A stretch of DNA of 62,538 bases, filler included, from Chiloscyllium plagiosum (taxonomy: Eukaryota), in the NCBI RefSeq assembly GCF_004010195.1. It is 3 parts of 2 records of this genome, joined end to end, with 100 filler letters (N's around TTAATTAATTAA, not from the genome) between each part and the next. Parts side by side here need not be neighbours in the genome. Positions count along the whole stretch, not along the records: positions 28,949 to 58,864 come from NC_057716.1; 2 more parts are not named here. One strand, 5' to 3'. The notes below the pieces were generated by a model, which saw only the letters and a list, made by a program, of their open reading frames with translations, had not been told where the DNA came from and made no database searches. Position numbers and translations under genes: made by a program. Below are positions 36,759 to 49,001 of this stretch, in pieces. How positions within the stretch are numbered: position 1 is the first letter of the stretch; every line of letters starts with the position of its first letter.

Positions 36759-37654
36759 GAGCACAGATTGCCAGTGGTCTTCATACTTTAACCCTTCCCA
36801 TGCTTTCATGTTCTTTATTTTCCATACTCTCTGTTGTTTTTTGTAAGTATCCCAGTTCTCTGGTTTCCCACTGCCCTTCCCCACATTATATGCTTTCTGT
36901 TTCNNNNNNNNNNNNNNNNNNNNNNNNNNNNNNNNNNNNNNNNNNNNNNNNNNNNNNNNNNNNNNNNNNNNNNNNNNNNNNNNNNNNNNNNNNNNNNNNN
37001 NNNNNNNNNNNNNNNNNNNNNNNNNNNNNNNNNNNNNNNNNNNNNNNNNNNNNNNNNNNNAGGCCATGAATAGCTGGTAAAGAGGTCACAGTATTAAGAG
37101 GTACAGAAGCATGTAATTTTTTTTAAGCTGTGGCATGAGGAGATATGTCATTCAGAAGGACTATGAGAGAGATGCGAAGTGCTCCATTATGTAACGTGTG
37201 GTTGGAGTGTCCAGTGAAACCATCAACAGAAATATTTCACAGTTGGGAAGGAGGCCTTGAGCTTGGTGTTGGCGTTGCAACATTTCAGCATTTAACTTGC
37301 AAATAATATGTCTGACACAAATCTATATACGATCATAACGCCTAAACGTTATTGGAGAAATTTAGGGAGATAGAGGTTCAGATAGAGGTTATTATTGTTT
37401 CCATTCAATCTGGAAGTCAGACAGATGACAGGAAGATAAACCGTATTTGCTGACAAGTTGTTGAGGCTTGGATGAAGAAATGCAGAGGTGTTCTTAGGCG
37501 GAAGTAAACTGGCTGAAACAGAATGGAGTTGTGAATGTTTGTATGCTTAGTTTCAATGCAATATATATGTATTATAGACGACTAAAACAGTAGGAATGAA
37601 GGTTTAAAATGAGACCATCATTGTATATTGAAGGTTCATTTTCTTTCAAAGTGG

Positions 37655-38305
37655 GAGTTATACTGTCACTTTAAAAAGGTTATTTTCTCTTGGGTTTTTT
37701 GAAGAGAGGTCTTAAAGGCAGAGGTGCAGAACTACCTACTGAAAACGGCGAAATTAAATAACCGAGGAGGCCTTTAGGTGTTATTAAGATGGTGGGAACA
37801 ATGAAAGGCCAGTGCTCAGCTCTCCCAGACCAGGTTTTCTCGTTTTGTTTTTAGCTGCAGCATTCAGAAGCTGCTCGGGGTCCCAGAAGGGTTGGAAGCT
37901 TCAATAAACGATACCCAGCTGCTCTTCTCTGTGAGATCTCTCTTGAAGTGGCTTCCTCCTGGATTGGAGAACTGCATGATAGATTCTGTGATTGAATCTT
38001 TTTGCCAAGGGGTATGATTGTGAGATGTTCCTGTATTAGCACAGTTATTTAGTAGATGGCATTGTATCTATTGTTTGCGTAAGTGTTCCAATAAAGAAGT
38101 TATTCCAAATTTTACATCTCTGTGATTTTGTTTTAACTAGAACGGTTGAATGGATTACATTTGCTTAAAGTTGAGTGGTTTGACCAGTCGCAACACATCT
38201 GGAACATCCAATTCATGTCTACATTTAAAATAAGCAAATGTTAGGGTCTAGGTTGCCTTCTTAAAACACATGTAGCTGAGGGGCTTTTGACTGACTCCGG
38301 TTATT
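37655..38305 (+). mobile_element. Solo gypsy LTR (degenerate)
   Basis: 5' atactgtcactttaaaaaggttattt and 3' tttgaccag..ctggaacatcca..agggtctagg similar to 2420-3026 and 54843-55279. Confidence 0.6.
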
Positions 38306-38494
38306 AAAAAGTTAGTGGAGGTGCTGGGGATGGTTTGCTGGAGGTTGTGTTGTGAGCTGCCTCAGTCATTCAGGAAGACCTGAGCGTTTGGTGACCCAAC
38401 CCTGGATGGAGCATGGGGACTGTAGTTGCAGCTTCTGGGCCTGCAATATGTACACCAAATGGAGCAGAGGCTGCAGAGAGGATAATCTCTGAAA

Positions 38495-39228
38495 CCACGC
38501 ACACATTCACACTCTCCTATCTCACATGCGCACATGCATATTCACCCTCTCTCTTTCCCACACTCACATATACACTTGCCCTCACTCTCTCTCGCATACA
38601 CATACTGTCTCTCTCTCTCCTCTTCACCCAAATACACATACACATACACACCCCTCTCTCTTTCACACGCACAAACACACAAACACGCATGTGCATGCAT
38701 ATAAATTTGTGTGGTGAATTTGCAATTGCACATTTGTATTTGCATATATAATCTATTTTTTTCAAAAACATACAATTTGTAGTCAGTTGGTCAATATAGT
38801 ATTTATCACCTCATACGTTGGAAATAAACCTCGTCTGACTCTAGGTGAAGACACAGTCAGACCCGAAACAAGACCTCACGCCTGAAATACATTGTCTGAC
38901 CGGAGGCGTCATTTTCTTTCCATCGATAATACCTGAAGGTATCTCCAGGCAGCGACTTGAAATAAACAGGGAGACTTGCATATTAATCAAGCTAAACTTC
39001 CCCTTCAATTCTAACTAAATAAAGATTTAATAGCCATCTTAGGTGTGTTCAATTTATGTGCATGATTTGTACACACTTTGATCATTTCGTTATACATCCT
39101 GACTCTCAGGTCTTCTTGGAGATGTGGCTTCCTGAAGAAGGGCTTATGAAAGAAACGTCGATTCTCCTGTTTCCTAGATGCTGCCTGACCTGCTGCGCTT
39201 TTCCAGCAACACATTTTCAGCTCTAAGG
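38495..39228 (+). mobile_element. Penelope-like 3' region (CA/CT-rich tract, UTR, degenerate hammerhead terminus)
   Basis: Related to the reverse of 13326-13646; ends cctgaagaagggcttatgaaagaaacgtcgattctcctg..gctgcctgacctgctgcgcttttccagc. Confidence 0.65.
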
Positions 39229-39750
39229 TCTTCTTGTCTCCCTAACATCTNNNNNNNNNNNNNNNNNNNNNNNNNNNNNNNNNNNNNNNNNNNNNNNNNN
39301 NNNNNNNNNNNNNNNNNNNNNNNNNNNNNNNNNNNNNNNNNNNNNNNNNNNNNNNNNNNNNNNNNNNNNNNNNNNNNNNNNNNNNNNNNNNNNNNNNNNN
39401 NNNNNNNNNNNNNNNNNNNNNNNNNNNNNNNNNNNNNNNNNNNNNNNNNNNNNNNNNNNNNNNNNNNNNNNNNNNNNNNNNNNNNNNNNNNNNNNNNNNN
39501 NNNNNNNNNNNNNNNNNNNNNNNNNNNNNNNNNNNNNNNNNNNNNNNNNNNNNNNNNNNNNNNNNNNNNNNNNNNNNNNNNNNNNNNNNNNNNNNNNNNN
39601 NNNNNNNNNNNNNNNNNNNNNNNNNNNNNNNNNNNNNNNNNNNNNNNNNNNNNNNNNNNNNNNNNNNNNNNNNNNNNNNNNNNNNNNNNNNNNNNNNNNN
39701 NNNNNNNNNNNNNNNNNNNNNNNNNNNNNNNNNNNNNNNNNNNNNNNNNN

Positions 39751-40630
39751 CCTCAGATTACAATGGGATATTGATCAGATGTACTAATGAAGGCTGAGGA
39801 GTGACAGATGGAATTTAATTTCGATAAATGCATGTACTCCATTTTGGGAAAACAAATCTTAGCAAGACATACAATTAATGGTAACTTCCTTGGGTGTTTT
39901 TTGATGAACAAAGTGACCTTGGAGTGCAGGTTCGTAACTCCTTGAAAGTGGAGTCGCAGGTAGATAGGATAGTGAAGAAGGCATTTGATATGCTTTCCTT
40001 TATTGGTCAGAATAGTGAGTACAGTAGTTGGGAGGTCATGTTGCGGCTGTACAGGACATTGGTTAGGCCACTATTGGAATATTGCATGCAATTCTGATCT
40101 CCTTCCTATCAAAAGGATGTTGTGAAACTTGAAAGGGTTCAGAAGAGATTTTCAAGGATGTTGCCAGGGTTGGAGGATTTGAGCTATAGAGATAGAAATT
40201 GAAAAGGCTGGGGCTGTTTTCCCAGGAGCATCGGAGGCTGGGGAGTGACCTTAAAGAGTTTCGTAAAATTACGAGGGGCATGGATAGCATAAATAGACGA
40301 AGTCTTTTTCCTGAGGTGGGGGAGTGCAGAACTAGAAGCCATAAGTTTAGGGTGAGAGTGGAAAGATATGAAAGAGACATAAGGAACAACACTTTCATGC
40401 AGAGGATGGTATGTGTATGGGATGAGCTGCCAGAGGAATTGGTGGAGGCTGGTACAATTGCAGCATTTAAAAGGCATCTGGATGGGTATACGAATAGGAG
40501 GGTTGGGAGGGATATACGCTGGATGCTGGCAGGTGAGACTAGATTGGGTTGAGATATCTGGTCAGCATGGACAAGTTGGACTGAAGGGTCTGTTTCCGTG
40601 CTGTACATCTCTATGACTCTATGACTCTAT
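39751..40630 (+). mobile_element. CR1 (HER1-like) 3' fragment
   Basis: DLGVQVRNSLKVESQVDRIVKKA..LYRTLVRPLLEYC; tail (ctctatga)n. Confidence 0.92.
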
Positions 40631-42459
40631 TTGCAAGCATCAGTCAGAGAATGGCACCAGGCAGACAGGAAAGAGGGAGCCCCAGACCACACCGAGTGCC
40701 TGCAGGAGATGGACAAATTAAATGTACAACTCTCAATCCACAATGGAATAATATGTGCAGATGGAGAGGTTAGACAGGAAGGAGAGGAACAAGGGATAGA
40801 CTGGGATGAGCTCAGGGAAGACATGTGCGGAAGATTGCGGTCCACCATCACCTTTCCCAGAGGATCCAACTCCTTCAGCCACCCCCCCCGGGGACATTCC
40901 CTGTGGTATTGAATCTGATCCGTACTGAGAGCTGGGTCGGGGGCACAGAACCAGCCCAGCAATCAGATCCACCAGCCCGTTTCCAGTGATACAGTTAGCA
41001 GAGATCGCGATAAAGGTTCCTGCATTTGGACCATCTGCTGATCCGTTTCCCTTCTTTGAAAGGGCCAGGCAGCAGAATGTTTGACAGGGGCTGGAAAAGA
41101 GAGAGGAAGTAAAACTCATTGTAATGTGTCTAAGCAAGTCCATGCAGTCTGCAATCCCAGCCCCACGAAATGGAGGGGATGGAACCCTCACCGATATGGA
41201 AAAGGGTGACCTGAACAGCGATTGGGTCCAGTAAGGGAGACCCCATAGACAGGTTAAACAAGGGCAGACAAAAGGAGGGAAAACACCCAACTGCCTTTGC
41301 CAGTTGCTTATGGGTGAGACTTCCCAGGAGGCTACGGAGACTCAGACAGGACTCCGTTATCCAGGGCTGACTCAGCTAAGTGGGCGAGGACTTTACTTTC
41401 CCACTTCACTGAAGAGAGCAGGAAGTCCTGTGTGAACTTCGATCCCACAGAGCCAAGCCACATTGAGACATGGATCCGGAGGGGCATGTCCCAGGTGTGG
41501 GGGAAAACAGCCCATGAAATAAACAGAAATGACACAGAGAAAGGAGGGAAAGTGTTTCAGTTCTGAGCTTCCAGCCAGGTCCTGTGTTCAGGAATGAAGG
41601 AAGAGGGGAAGCTCTTATCGAAGGAACCCAGTTCCACCTGACACAACCACGGGGAGAAATAGAGAAACACAGCAGGGGAACATGGAGCAGCCAGCATGGT
41701 GCTCCCACTGTGGGCACGCAGGACACTATGCACAGGTATATAGAGACCATGTGCAGCCGCACTTGCAGCCACAGGGACAACTGAGCACAGCGGGACTGAG
41801 GGATTATGGAGGGAATCACCAATTCCCATTAGAAGGCCCAACTCAGCAGACTCTGGTCCATGATTTGAGTACAAGCCAAACCATATACACACACCCCCTC
41901 CACTCCCAAACTACTAGGCTTCCACATGATGGTGTTAGGCTACTGCCTCTCTAGCGTGGCTCTGCAACTTGAAGTGGGATAGTATAGGTAGACCATAAGT
42001 CAATAGTGAGGTAGAAGGCTACCCTGGAGAATTCATTTGGGATTCCAGAGGTTCCAACACAACCCTGAACACCTCTGGATTTTATGAGCTATCCCAGTGG
42101 ACAACAGGGACTACTGATTTAATTGGGTTGACTGGCCATATACAGGAAGGGTACATTACAAAACCAATAGAGGTTAAACTGTGCAACATGGCATGCCAGC
42201 ATCCTGCTATCTTAGTCAACCACCCCCTAGACGCAGAACACATTCTCAGGTCAATTCCATGACTATGTGCTATCTTACTTTAGACCCAGTGGATGTCTGC
42301 ATATGGCACTCTTTCTGGCTCGCACTGCCCCCTCCATCATTTCATCACGAAATGATACTAATCAGATCAGCACAATAGGGGAGTTTGGGTTTAAACCCCG
42401 AACAATGACCAAGGATCCAGCTATGAGAGAGGTGATGGTGAAAAAGAAAGGGGTATCCA

Positions 42460-42528
42460 AAGTTTGTGAGAAGATTTGTAGCTCGGATGCTCATTGTTGT
42501 GGTTCAGCTCGGCGAACAGAACCACAAC
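42460..42528. mobile_element. 69-bp fold-back insertion of the Penelope family C terminus with a perfect 13-bp TSD
   Basis: AAAGGGGTATCCA at 42447-42459 and 42529-42541; insert matches the 45457-45515 terminus, then reverses (ttgttgtggttc / gaaccacaacaa). Confidence 0.9.
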
Positions 42529-44118
42529 AAAGGGGTATCCACCCAGCGTTAACATGACTGTGGGCGTACCCCAGGAGAGCTGATAATCGAGGGGCCTGAC
42601 CTGAATCCACAAAGACAATACGGTTTCCCTGGACAGGCAGAGGGGGCGGGAGCCAAGGTGATTGACAGTCTGTTACTGCAAGGAGTGCTGGGACCTGTAG
42701 CCTCCTCTAATAATGCTCCAATTTGACCACTCAGGAAGCCAGGTGGTTCATGGTGTTTAACCATCAATGATTGGGTCCTTAATAAAGTCACCCCACTCAC
42801 CACCCCAACAGTAACTACCAGCCCAGCCATTATAATGAATCAAACCATCAAACAAAGTACTTCATAGGACTGATATCAGGAATGGTTTCTGCTCCATCAC
42901 CTTCAATCAGTCCTGTCAGTACAAATTTGCATTTCCCTTCCAGGAACAGCAGTGTACCTGGACTTGTCTACCCCAAGGGTTCCAGAACTCACTCTCAATT
43001 TTTCACAGGCGGGTAGCCAAGGGACTGGAAAGGCTTTCCCGGCCTGACTGTCTAATCCAATTTGTCGATGACCTACCTCTCCAGATGGAAACAAAGGAGG
43101 AGCACATTCAGCTCCTGGACGGATAGCTCAATCTGATACACAAACTAGGATGGAAGATAAATCTGAAAAATGAACACATTTTACAGGCCAGTGTGACACA
43201 CTTGGGGAACCATGGTCACCCACGGGAAAAGGGAAACAGACCGCAAGCAAATGGAGATGTTGAATGACTCCCACTCCCCGAGATGTTCGTGAGCTCTAAT
43301 CTTTCCTCGGGTCAGTGGGATACTGCAGGAACCACCTTGATGGGTTCACCACCAAAGCAGCTCAACTCTCAGAGTTGCTGAAAAAGAACGGTGTCTGGTA
43401 TTGGGCATCTCAACACACCGAGGCAGTAATTGATTTAAAACATGCCCTCGCAACAGAATCTGCCTTACAGGTACTGCACCCTGACATAACATGCAGCCTA
43501 GAAACTGCAGCCACAGACTGGACAATAGCTGCTGTTCCACTGCAAGAAAAAAGAAACCCCTACCTTCAGCCCCTTATCAAATACACACTGCAGGCTGCCT
43601 GTGGAAGGAAACGCAGCATAATTACAGTTAGCAGCCACCACAAAACATCTCCAGAAGGTAACCTCAGAGCAGATGTGTTAGCGAGGAGAGGTGCTGATGT
43701 CAGAGAATTCTGCCAGCCCCCCCATGGGTGAGCAGGCCAATGCAGTGTCTGTCAGCCAGACAAACATAGACAGGCCCAGTACCACAATGATTCCTTCAAA
43801 CACATTGTGGGAGGGGTTTACCCAGAGGCGTACACCAAATAGAGAGATTCCCTGCAGCTGTGGGACAGACTAGTTTTAAAAGCAGAAGTCTATGTTGTTC
43901 TGACTCAGGACAGGAACCAAATCATATGTCAGTCCCATGACGGGCATGGGCACCAGGGACTAGAGGCCAGGACTGAACGATTGAAAGAACTGTGTTGGTG
44001 GCCCGAGTTACACAGGGCTGTAGCACACTATGTAGGGAACTGTCTGGTGTAAGCCCAAAATAATCCAGTCAGATATGCTCAAAAGGGAGGACTGAGACCT
44101 ACCCGACCCGTGAAAGGG

Positions 44119-44734
44119 TGCCATGGACCAGGCCAGACCCCTTCTAAACAATTCAAGAAGTTAGCCCTGACTCTAACTTTGCTCGTTGTTTTAAGCAGGT
44201 GTAGAGCGGATATTCCAGGAGGGATGCAGCTGGCACAACCACTCAGTTTTAAACAAAACAGAATTGGTTTGTAAGATTATCAAATGAAACAGAAACAAAA
44301 GAGAACAGAATATAGAATAACAAATATTTTAAATCCAATGGACTCTGTCACAACTTAATGATGCTGTTCCAAATACTTGCAACATTCCCATAAACACCTT
44401 CTTGGCAAAACAGGTAAACTCAAACCCAGGTTCTTCCAGGAGAGATGTCAGAGAGAGAGAGGAGGATCACCATGGAGCTGCTTCTTTGACCAGCAGCTTC
44501 AAAAAAACTGACCAGCAGCTGGAGAACAGCCAGACAGTTCACACCAAACCAAACCAGAGGGAAGCTGAGCTGGGAGAACTGGCCACTCCCCTTTCATTGT
44601 ACATGTGTTTTTTTTTAAAGTTGAAAGCTTCTTCAAATAGATAAACCCAGACATTGCACACCCTCTGCCTTTACAACCCCTCTGAATAAAAACCAAGGAC
44701 CACATAACCTTGTTCAAGGAACAGCATCATCACA
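44119..44734 (-). mobile_element. Solo gypsy LTR inserted in the retroviral integrase
   Basis: TG...CA; start tgccatggaccaggcc is the reverse of LTR end ggcctggtccataaca at 55279; removing it plus 4 bp restores PVKGPWTNLQID. Confidence 0.85.
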
Positions 44735-45456
44735 AAAGCCTTGGACAAATCTACAAATTGATGATGTAGGTCCCCTGCCACCATGTGGAAATGGATTTAC
44801 CTACATTCTGGTCATCGTACACACTTTCACAAAATGGTTCAAGGCTTTTCCCGTTCAGACCAGTACAGCCAAAACAACTGCACAAATCCTAACACAACAG
44901 GTGTTTACAAGATGGGGTCCACCCTGCAGTATTGAGTCAGATCAGGATCCCATTTCACCAGCCGGGTCATGCAGACTGGGATGGCTGTGCTTGGTATCAA
45001 GCAGAAGGTCCACATTGCATATCACCCCCAATCCAGTGGGATCGTGGCAAGGATAAATCAGACCTGAAATGGGATGATCAGGAAGATGGTGCAGCGGAAC
45101 AATAAAACCTGCGACACGGTACTTCCATTTGTCCTCATGATGGTAAGCAACACCATCTTCCGATCTACAGGGTATACCCCCCATATCCTGATGACAAGCC
45201 GACCCATGAAAGGAGTTGAATACCAGTTCAGTCTCCAACCTCAGTGAACCCGTCCTCACTGCCCTCACCCACGAGAAAGCAATGCAGCATCTCACTGAGA
45301 GTAACGCGGTCACTCAGCTGGCAGCAGCTGGCAGGTTCGTGACCAAAAGGAAAGTAAGGCAGGCCTCCGTCCACAGCAACGTTAACCCTGTCAGATATCC
45401 TGTAGGACAGCAACTGATCCGACAGATATACAATCCTGGCTCCTGTCTTTCCCCTA

Positions 45457-47556
45457 AATTTGTGAGAAGATTTGTAGGTCAGGTGCTCGTTGCTGTGGTT
45501 CTGTTCGCCGAGCTGGAAGTTTTTGTTGCAAACGTTTCGTCCCCTGTCTAGGTGACATCCTCAGTGCTTGGGAGCCTCCTGTGAAGCGCTTCTGTGGTGT
45601 TTCCTCCGGCATTTATAGTGGCCTGTCCCTGCCACTTCCGGTTGTCAGTTTCAGCTGTCCGCTGTAGTGGCCGGTATATTGGGTCCAGGTCGATGTGTTT
45701 GTTGATGGAGTTTGTGGATGAGTGCCATGCTTCTAGGAATTCCCTGGCTGTTCTTTGTTGGCTTGCCCTATAATGGTAGTGTTGTCCCAGCCAAATTCAT
45801 GTTGCTTGTCGTCTGCGTGTGCGGCTACTAGGGATAGCTGGTCGTGTCACACACGCAGACGACAAGCAACATGAATTCGACTGGGACAACACTACCATTA
45901 AAAGGCAAGCGAAACAAAGAACAGCCAGGGAATTCCTAGAAGCATGGCACTCATCCACAAACTCCATCAACAAACAATCGACCTGGACCCAATATACCGG
46001 CCACTACAGCGGACAGCTAAAACTGACAACCGGAAGNNNNNNNNNNNNNNNNNNNNNNNNNNNNNNNNNNNNNNNNNNNNNNNNNNNNNNNNNNNNNNNN
46101 NNNNNNNNNNNNNNNNNNNNNNNNNNNNNNNNNNNNNNNNNNNNNNNNNNNNNNNNNNNNNNNNNNNNNNNNNNNNNNNNNNNNNNNNNNNNNNNNNNNN
46201 NNNNNNNNNNNNNNNNNNNNNNNNNNNNNNNNNNNNNNNNNNNNNNNNNNNNNNNNNNNNNNNNNNNNNNNNNNNNNNNNNNNNNNNNNNNNNNNNNNNN
46301 NNNNNNNNNNNNNNNNNNNNNNNNNNNNNNNNNNNNNNNNNNNNNNNNNNNNNNNNNNNNNNNNNNNNNNNNNNNNNNNNNNNNNNNNNNNNNNNNNNNN
46401 NNNNNNNNNNNNNNNNNNNNNNNNNNNNNNNNNNNNNNNNNNNNNNNNNNNNNNNNNNNNNNNNNNNNNNNNNNNNNNNNNNNNNNNNNNNNNNNNNNNN
46501 NNNNNNNNNNNNNNNNNNNNNNNNNNNNNNNNNNNNNNNNNNNNNNNNNNNNNNNNNNNNNNNNNNNNNNNNNNNNNNNNNNNNNNNNNNNNNNNNNNNN
46601 NNNNNNNNNNNNNNNNNNNNNNNNNNNNNNNNNNNNNNNNNNNNNNNNNNNNNNNNNNNNNNNNNNNNNNNNNNNNNNNNNNNNNNNNNNNNNNNNNNNN
46701 NNNNNNNNNNNNNNNNNNNNNNNNNNNNNNNNNNNNNNNNNNNNNNNNNNNNNNNNNNNNNNNNNTGTATAGTGTGTCTGGATCCGCTGATCAGGTGTTT
46801 CAGTTTCTGCTGTAGTTCTTTCGCCAGTTTGTGTGATGGTGTCCCTGGTAGTGATACTATGGGTCTGAGTGGGATGTCTGGTTTGTGCACTTTAGGTAGT
46901 CCATAGAATCTGGGGGTGTTGTTGCTTTCAGGTTTCATTCTTTGTAAGTCAGACCTGGTTATCTGTCCGTTTTTTTGTAGGTTCCTCAGTCTGTAGGTTC
47001 TCCCACAAACAGCTCACAGTCACGGAAAGAACAATACTGGCCAAGGGACTCAACTACAACCACAGGGAGGCCAAGACAGCAGACTTCAGAGCAGCGCTAG
47101 AATGCACACTCAGGAACAATGGACTGACAGAAGAGACACAACAAACAGTGAGACAAAGTATCGTACCCCTGATAACAAGGAAAAGACAAGCACAAAACCT
47201 CAACACCAAGGAGAGGGAAGCACTAAAATCACTAAGAAACGATAAGAACATGATCATACTACCAGCAGACAAAGGCAGAACAACACACTGAGGAACATAC
47301 AAAAAAACGGACAGATAACCAGGGGGCACTTTAGGTAGTCCATAGAATCTGGGGGTGTTGTTGCTTTCAGGTTTCATTCTTTGTAGGTCAGACCTGGTTA
47401 TCTGTCCGTTTTTTTGTTTATCCGATTGGTGAGCTGTGGGGTGGGGTCAAACTCCCTCTTTTGGTAGGTGTTGGTATCTGTAAGTAGTTGTTGTGCTTTT
47501 TGGATGTACTCTGCTTTGTCTAGGATGACCGTCATTCTGCCTTTATCTGCTGGTAG
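45457..47556. mobile_element. Penelope/Poseidon-type element (family C), rearranged with several inversions and an N gap
   Basis: RT N-terminus PADKGR..PRFYGLPKVHKPDIPLRPIVS; endonuclease C-terminus HEFDWDNT..REFLEAWHS; inverted arms 45635-45821 / 45850-46036. Confidence 0.88.
45528..45567 (-). ncRNA. Minimal type I hammerhead ribozyme motif, intact core
   Basis: Minus strand GCA-CTGAGGA-T-GTCACCT-AGAC-AGGGGAC-GAA-ACGT-T-TGC: stem I GCA/TGC, stem II GTC.CCT/AGG.GAC, palindromic ACGT, GUU triplet. Confidence 0.75.
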
Positions 47557-49001
47557 ACAACTATAACTTCAACGTCCAGGGACCCCTGGACAATTTGATT
47601 GATTCAATGCAAGTATCCCGAACACATTGGAGTTACTGACTCATAACTAGTAACAGGGATATATTAAACACCTCCCCATTTTCTAAACATGACGGGTCTC
47701 CCCAATAACCCCCTGACAAACAGGGAAACCGAACAACCCCAGCTCACTATATCTCAGACCCCTAACAACGTACCTGCACATGGACACGTGACAATGCAAA
47801 AAGGCCAATACAGACTACAGAAAAACTGACTGATCCAGACAGCCAAATGGTAATTCCAGGTGTCACCACTGGAGGGAATGACAGAACTAGGAGGATGCAA
47901 TATTGCCAAGCTGCAGAGACCAAGGATACGCAATACACTGATGAGTCTCTGGTAGGTGCCTATTTGACACGTACACTTATTCACTAATTCAGGCAATGAA
48001 ACAGTCCCTGACAGCCACCCAAAGCAAGGGGCAACTGTTTCTGATGGTCCAACCGCACAAGACTCTCACACATCTTCCAATTCGAGTTCTTGTACGCACT
48101 GATGGGATTAGCCACGTTACAATCCTTCAGTGTTCCGCTCATTTCAACATATATTTATAGCATTGGTCATAATGACAGCCTTGTTTCAGACTTTCTGACC
48201 ACCTCATGGTCAGGTCATTTAAAACCACGGTAACCGTTACCACTAGAAACCATGGTTGGAGCCTACCAGGCCTCTCAACCCAACTTCACATTCCACATGG
48301 GGTTCACATTCCAATGTTTTCTGACTTATTTGTGTTTGTTTTTGAAATGTGGGGTCAGGTTAGGGCATATGCATTACATTATTTCCAAGGTATTCAGATA
48401 TTAGTCAAGGATAACGAGAGAAACAAGCTTGATCTCTCTCCAGGACAATGATGACCGTGCGAAACGCAATTAAGGTCCGCCTCATTGGGATGGTCATCGT
48501 CATCGTCAGGAACAAGACAAAGTAAACAGACCAGGATCAATATTCGTTAGCCTCGTAAATATTACTTATCCTATTGTTTGTATGAAATATTCTCCAGGTT
48601 TGTGATGTTTATTTGATTATTGTTATGAATTTTGTTCTCATTAGGAATTAGTTTTGTATTTGCTTATTTCTGCAAAGTCTTATTTATTTTAATTAACAAT
48701 GTTTGCTTGATCAGACATTAAGAATAAGTTTCTTTTTGATGTTCCATTTAGATATAGTCTGCCATCATGTTTTTTATATACAATACTCCCCGGTATTAAG
48801 AAGTTTGATTTTCATTATGAATTTCTTTTTCTGCATTGTTGCATTTATTGATTTTAATTTACTACATTATCTGTAAGACCTAGTTGCTTAAGTGCATATT
48901 GTGCTTTATTTTTGCCTGCATGATTGTGTAGTCACCGCACACAGATTGGTCTTCGATTATGTGATCCAACACACTTCACGTTCAGGATCAAGAGGAGAGA
49001 C

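Noticed and set aside
40631..45456. Foamy virus or ordinary gypsy assignment for the provirus
   Set aside because: The CCHC-type knuckle argues against foamy virus; LPQG/FVDD and the second RNase H argue against gypsy. Left unassigned pending phylogeny.
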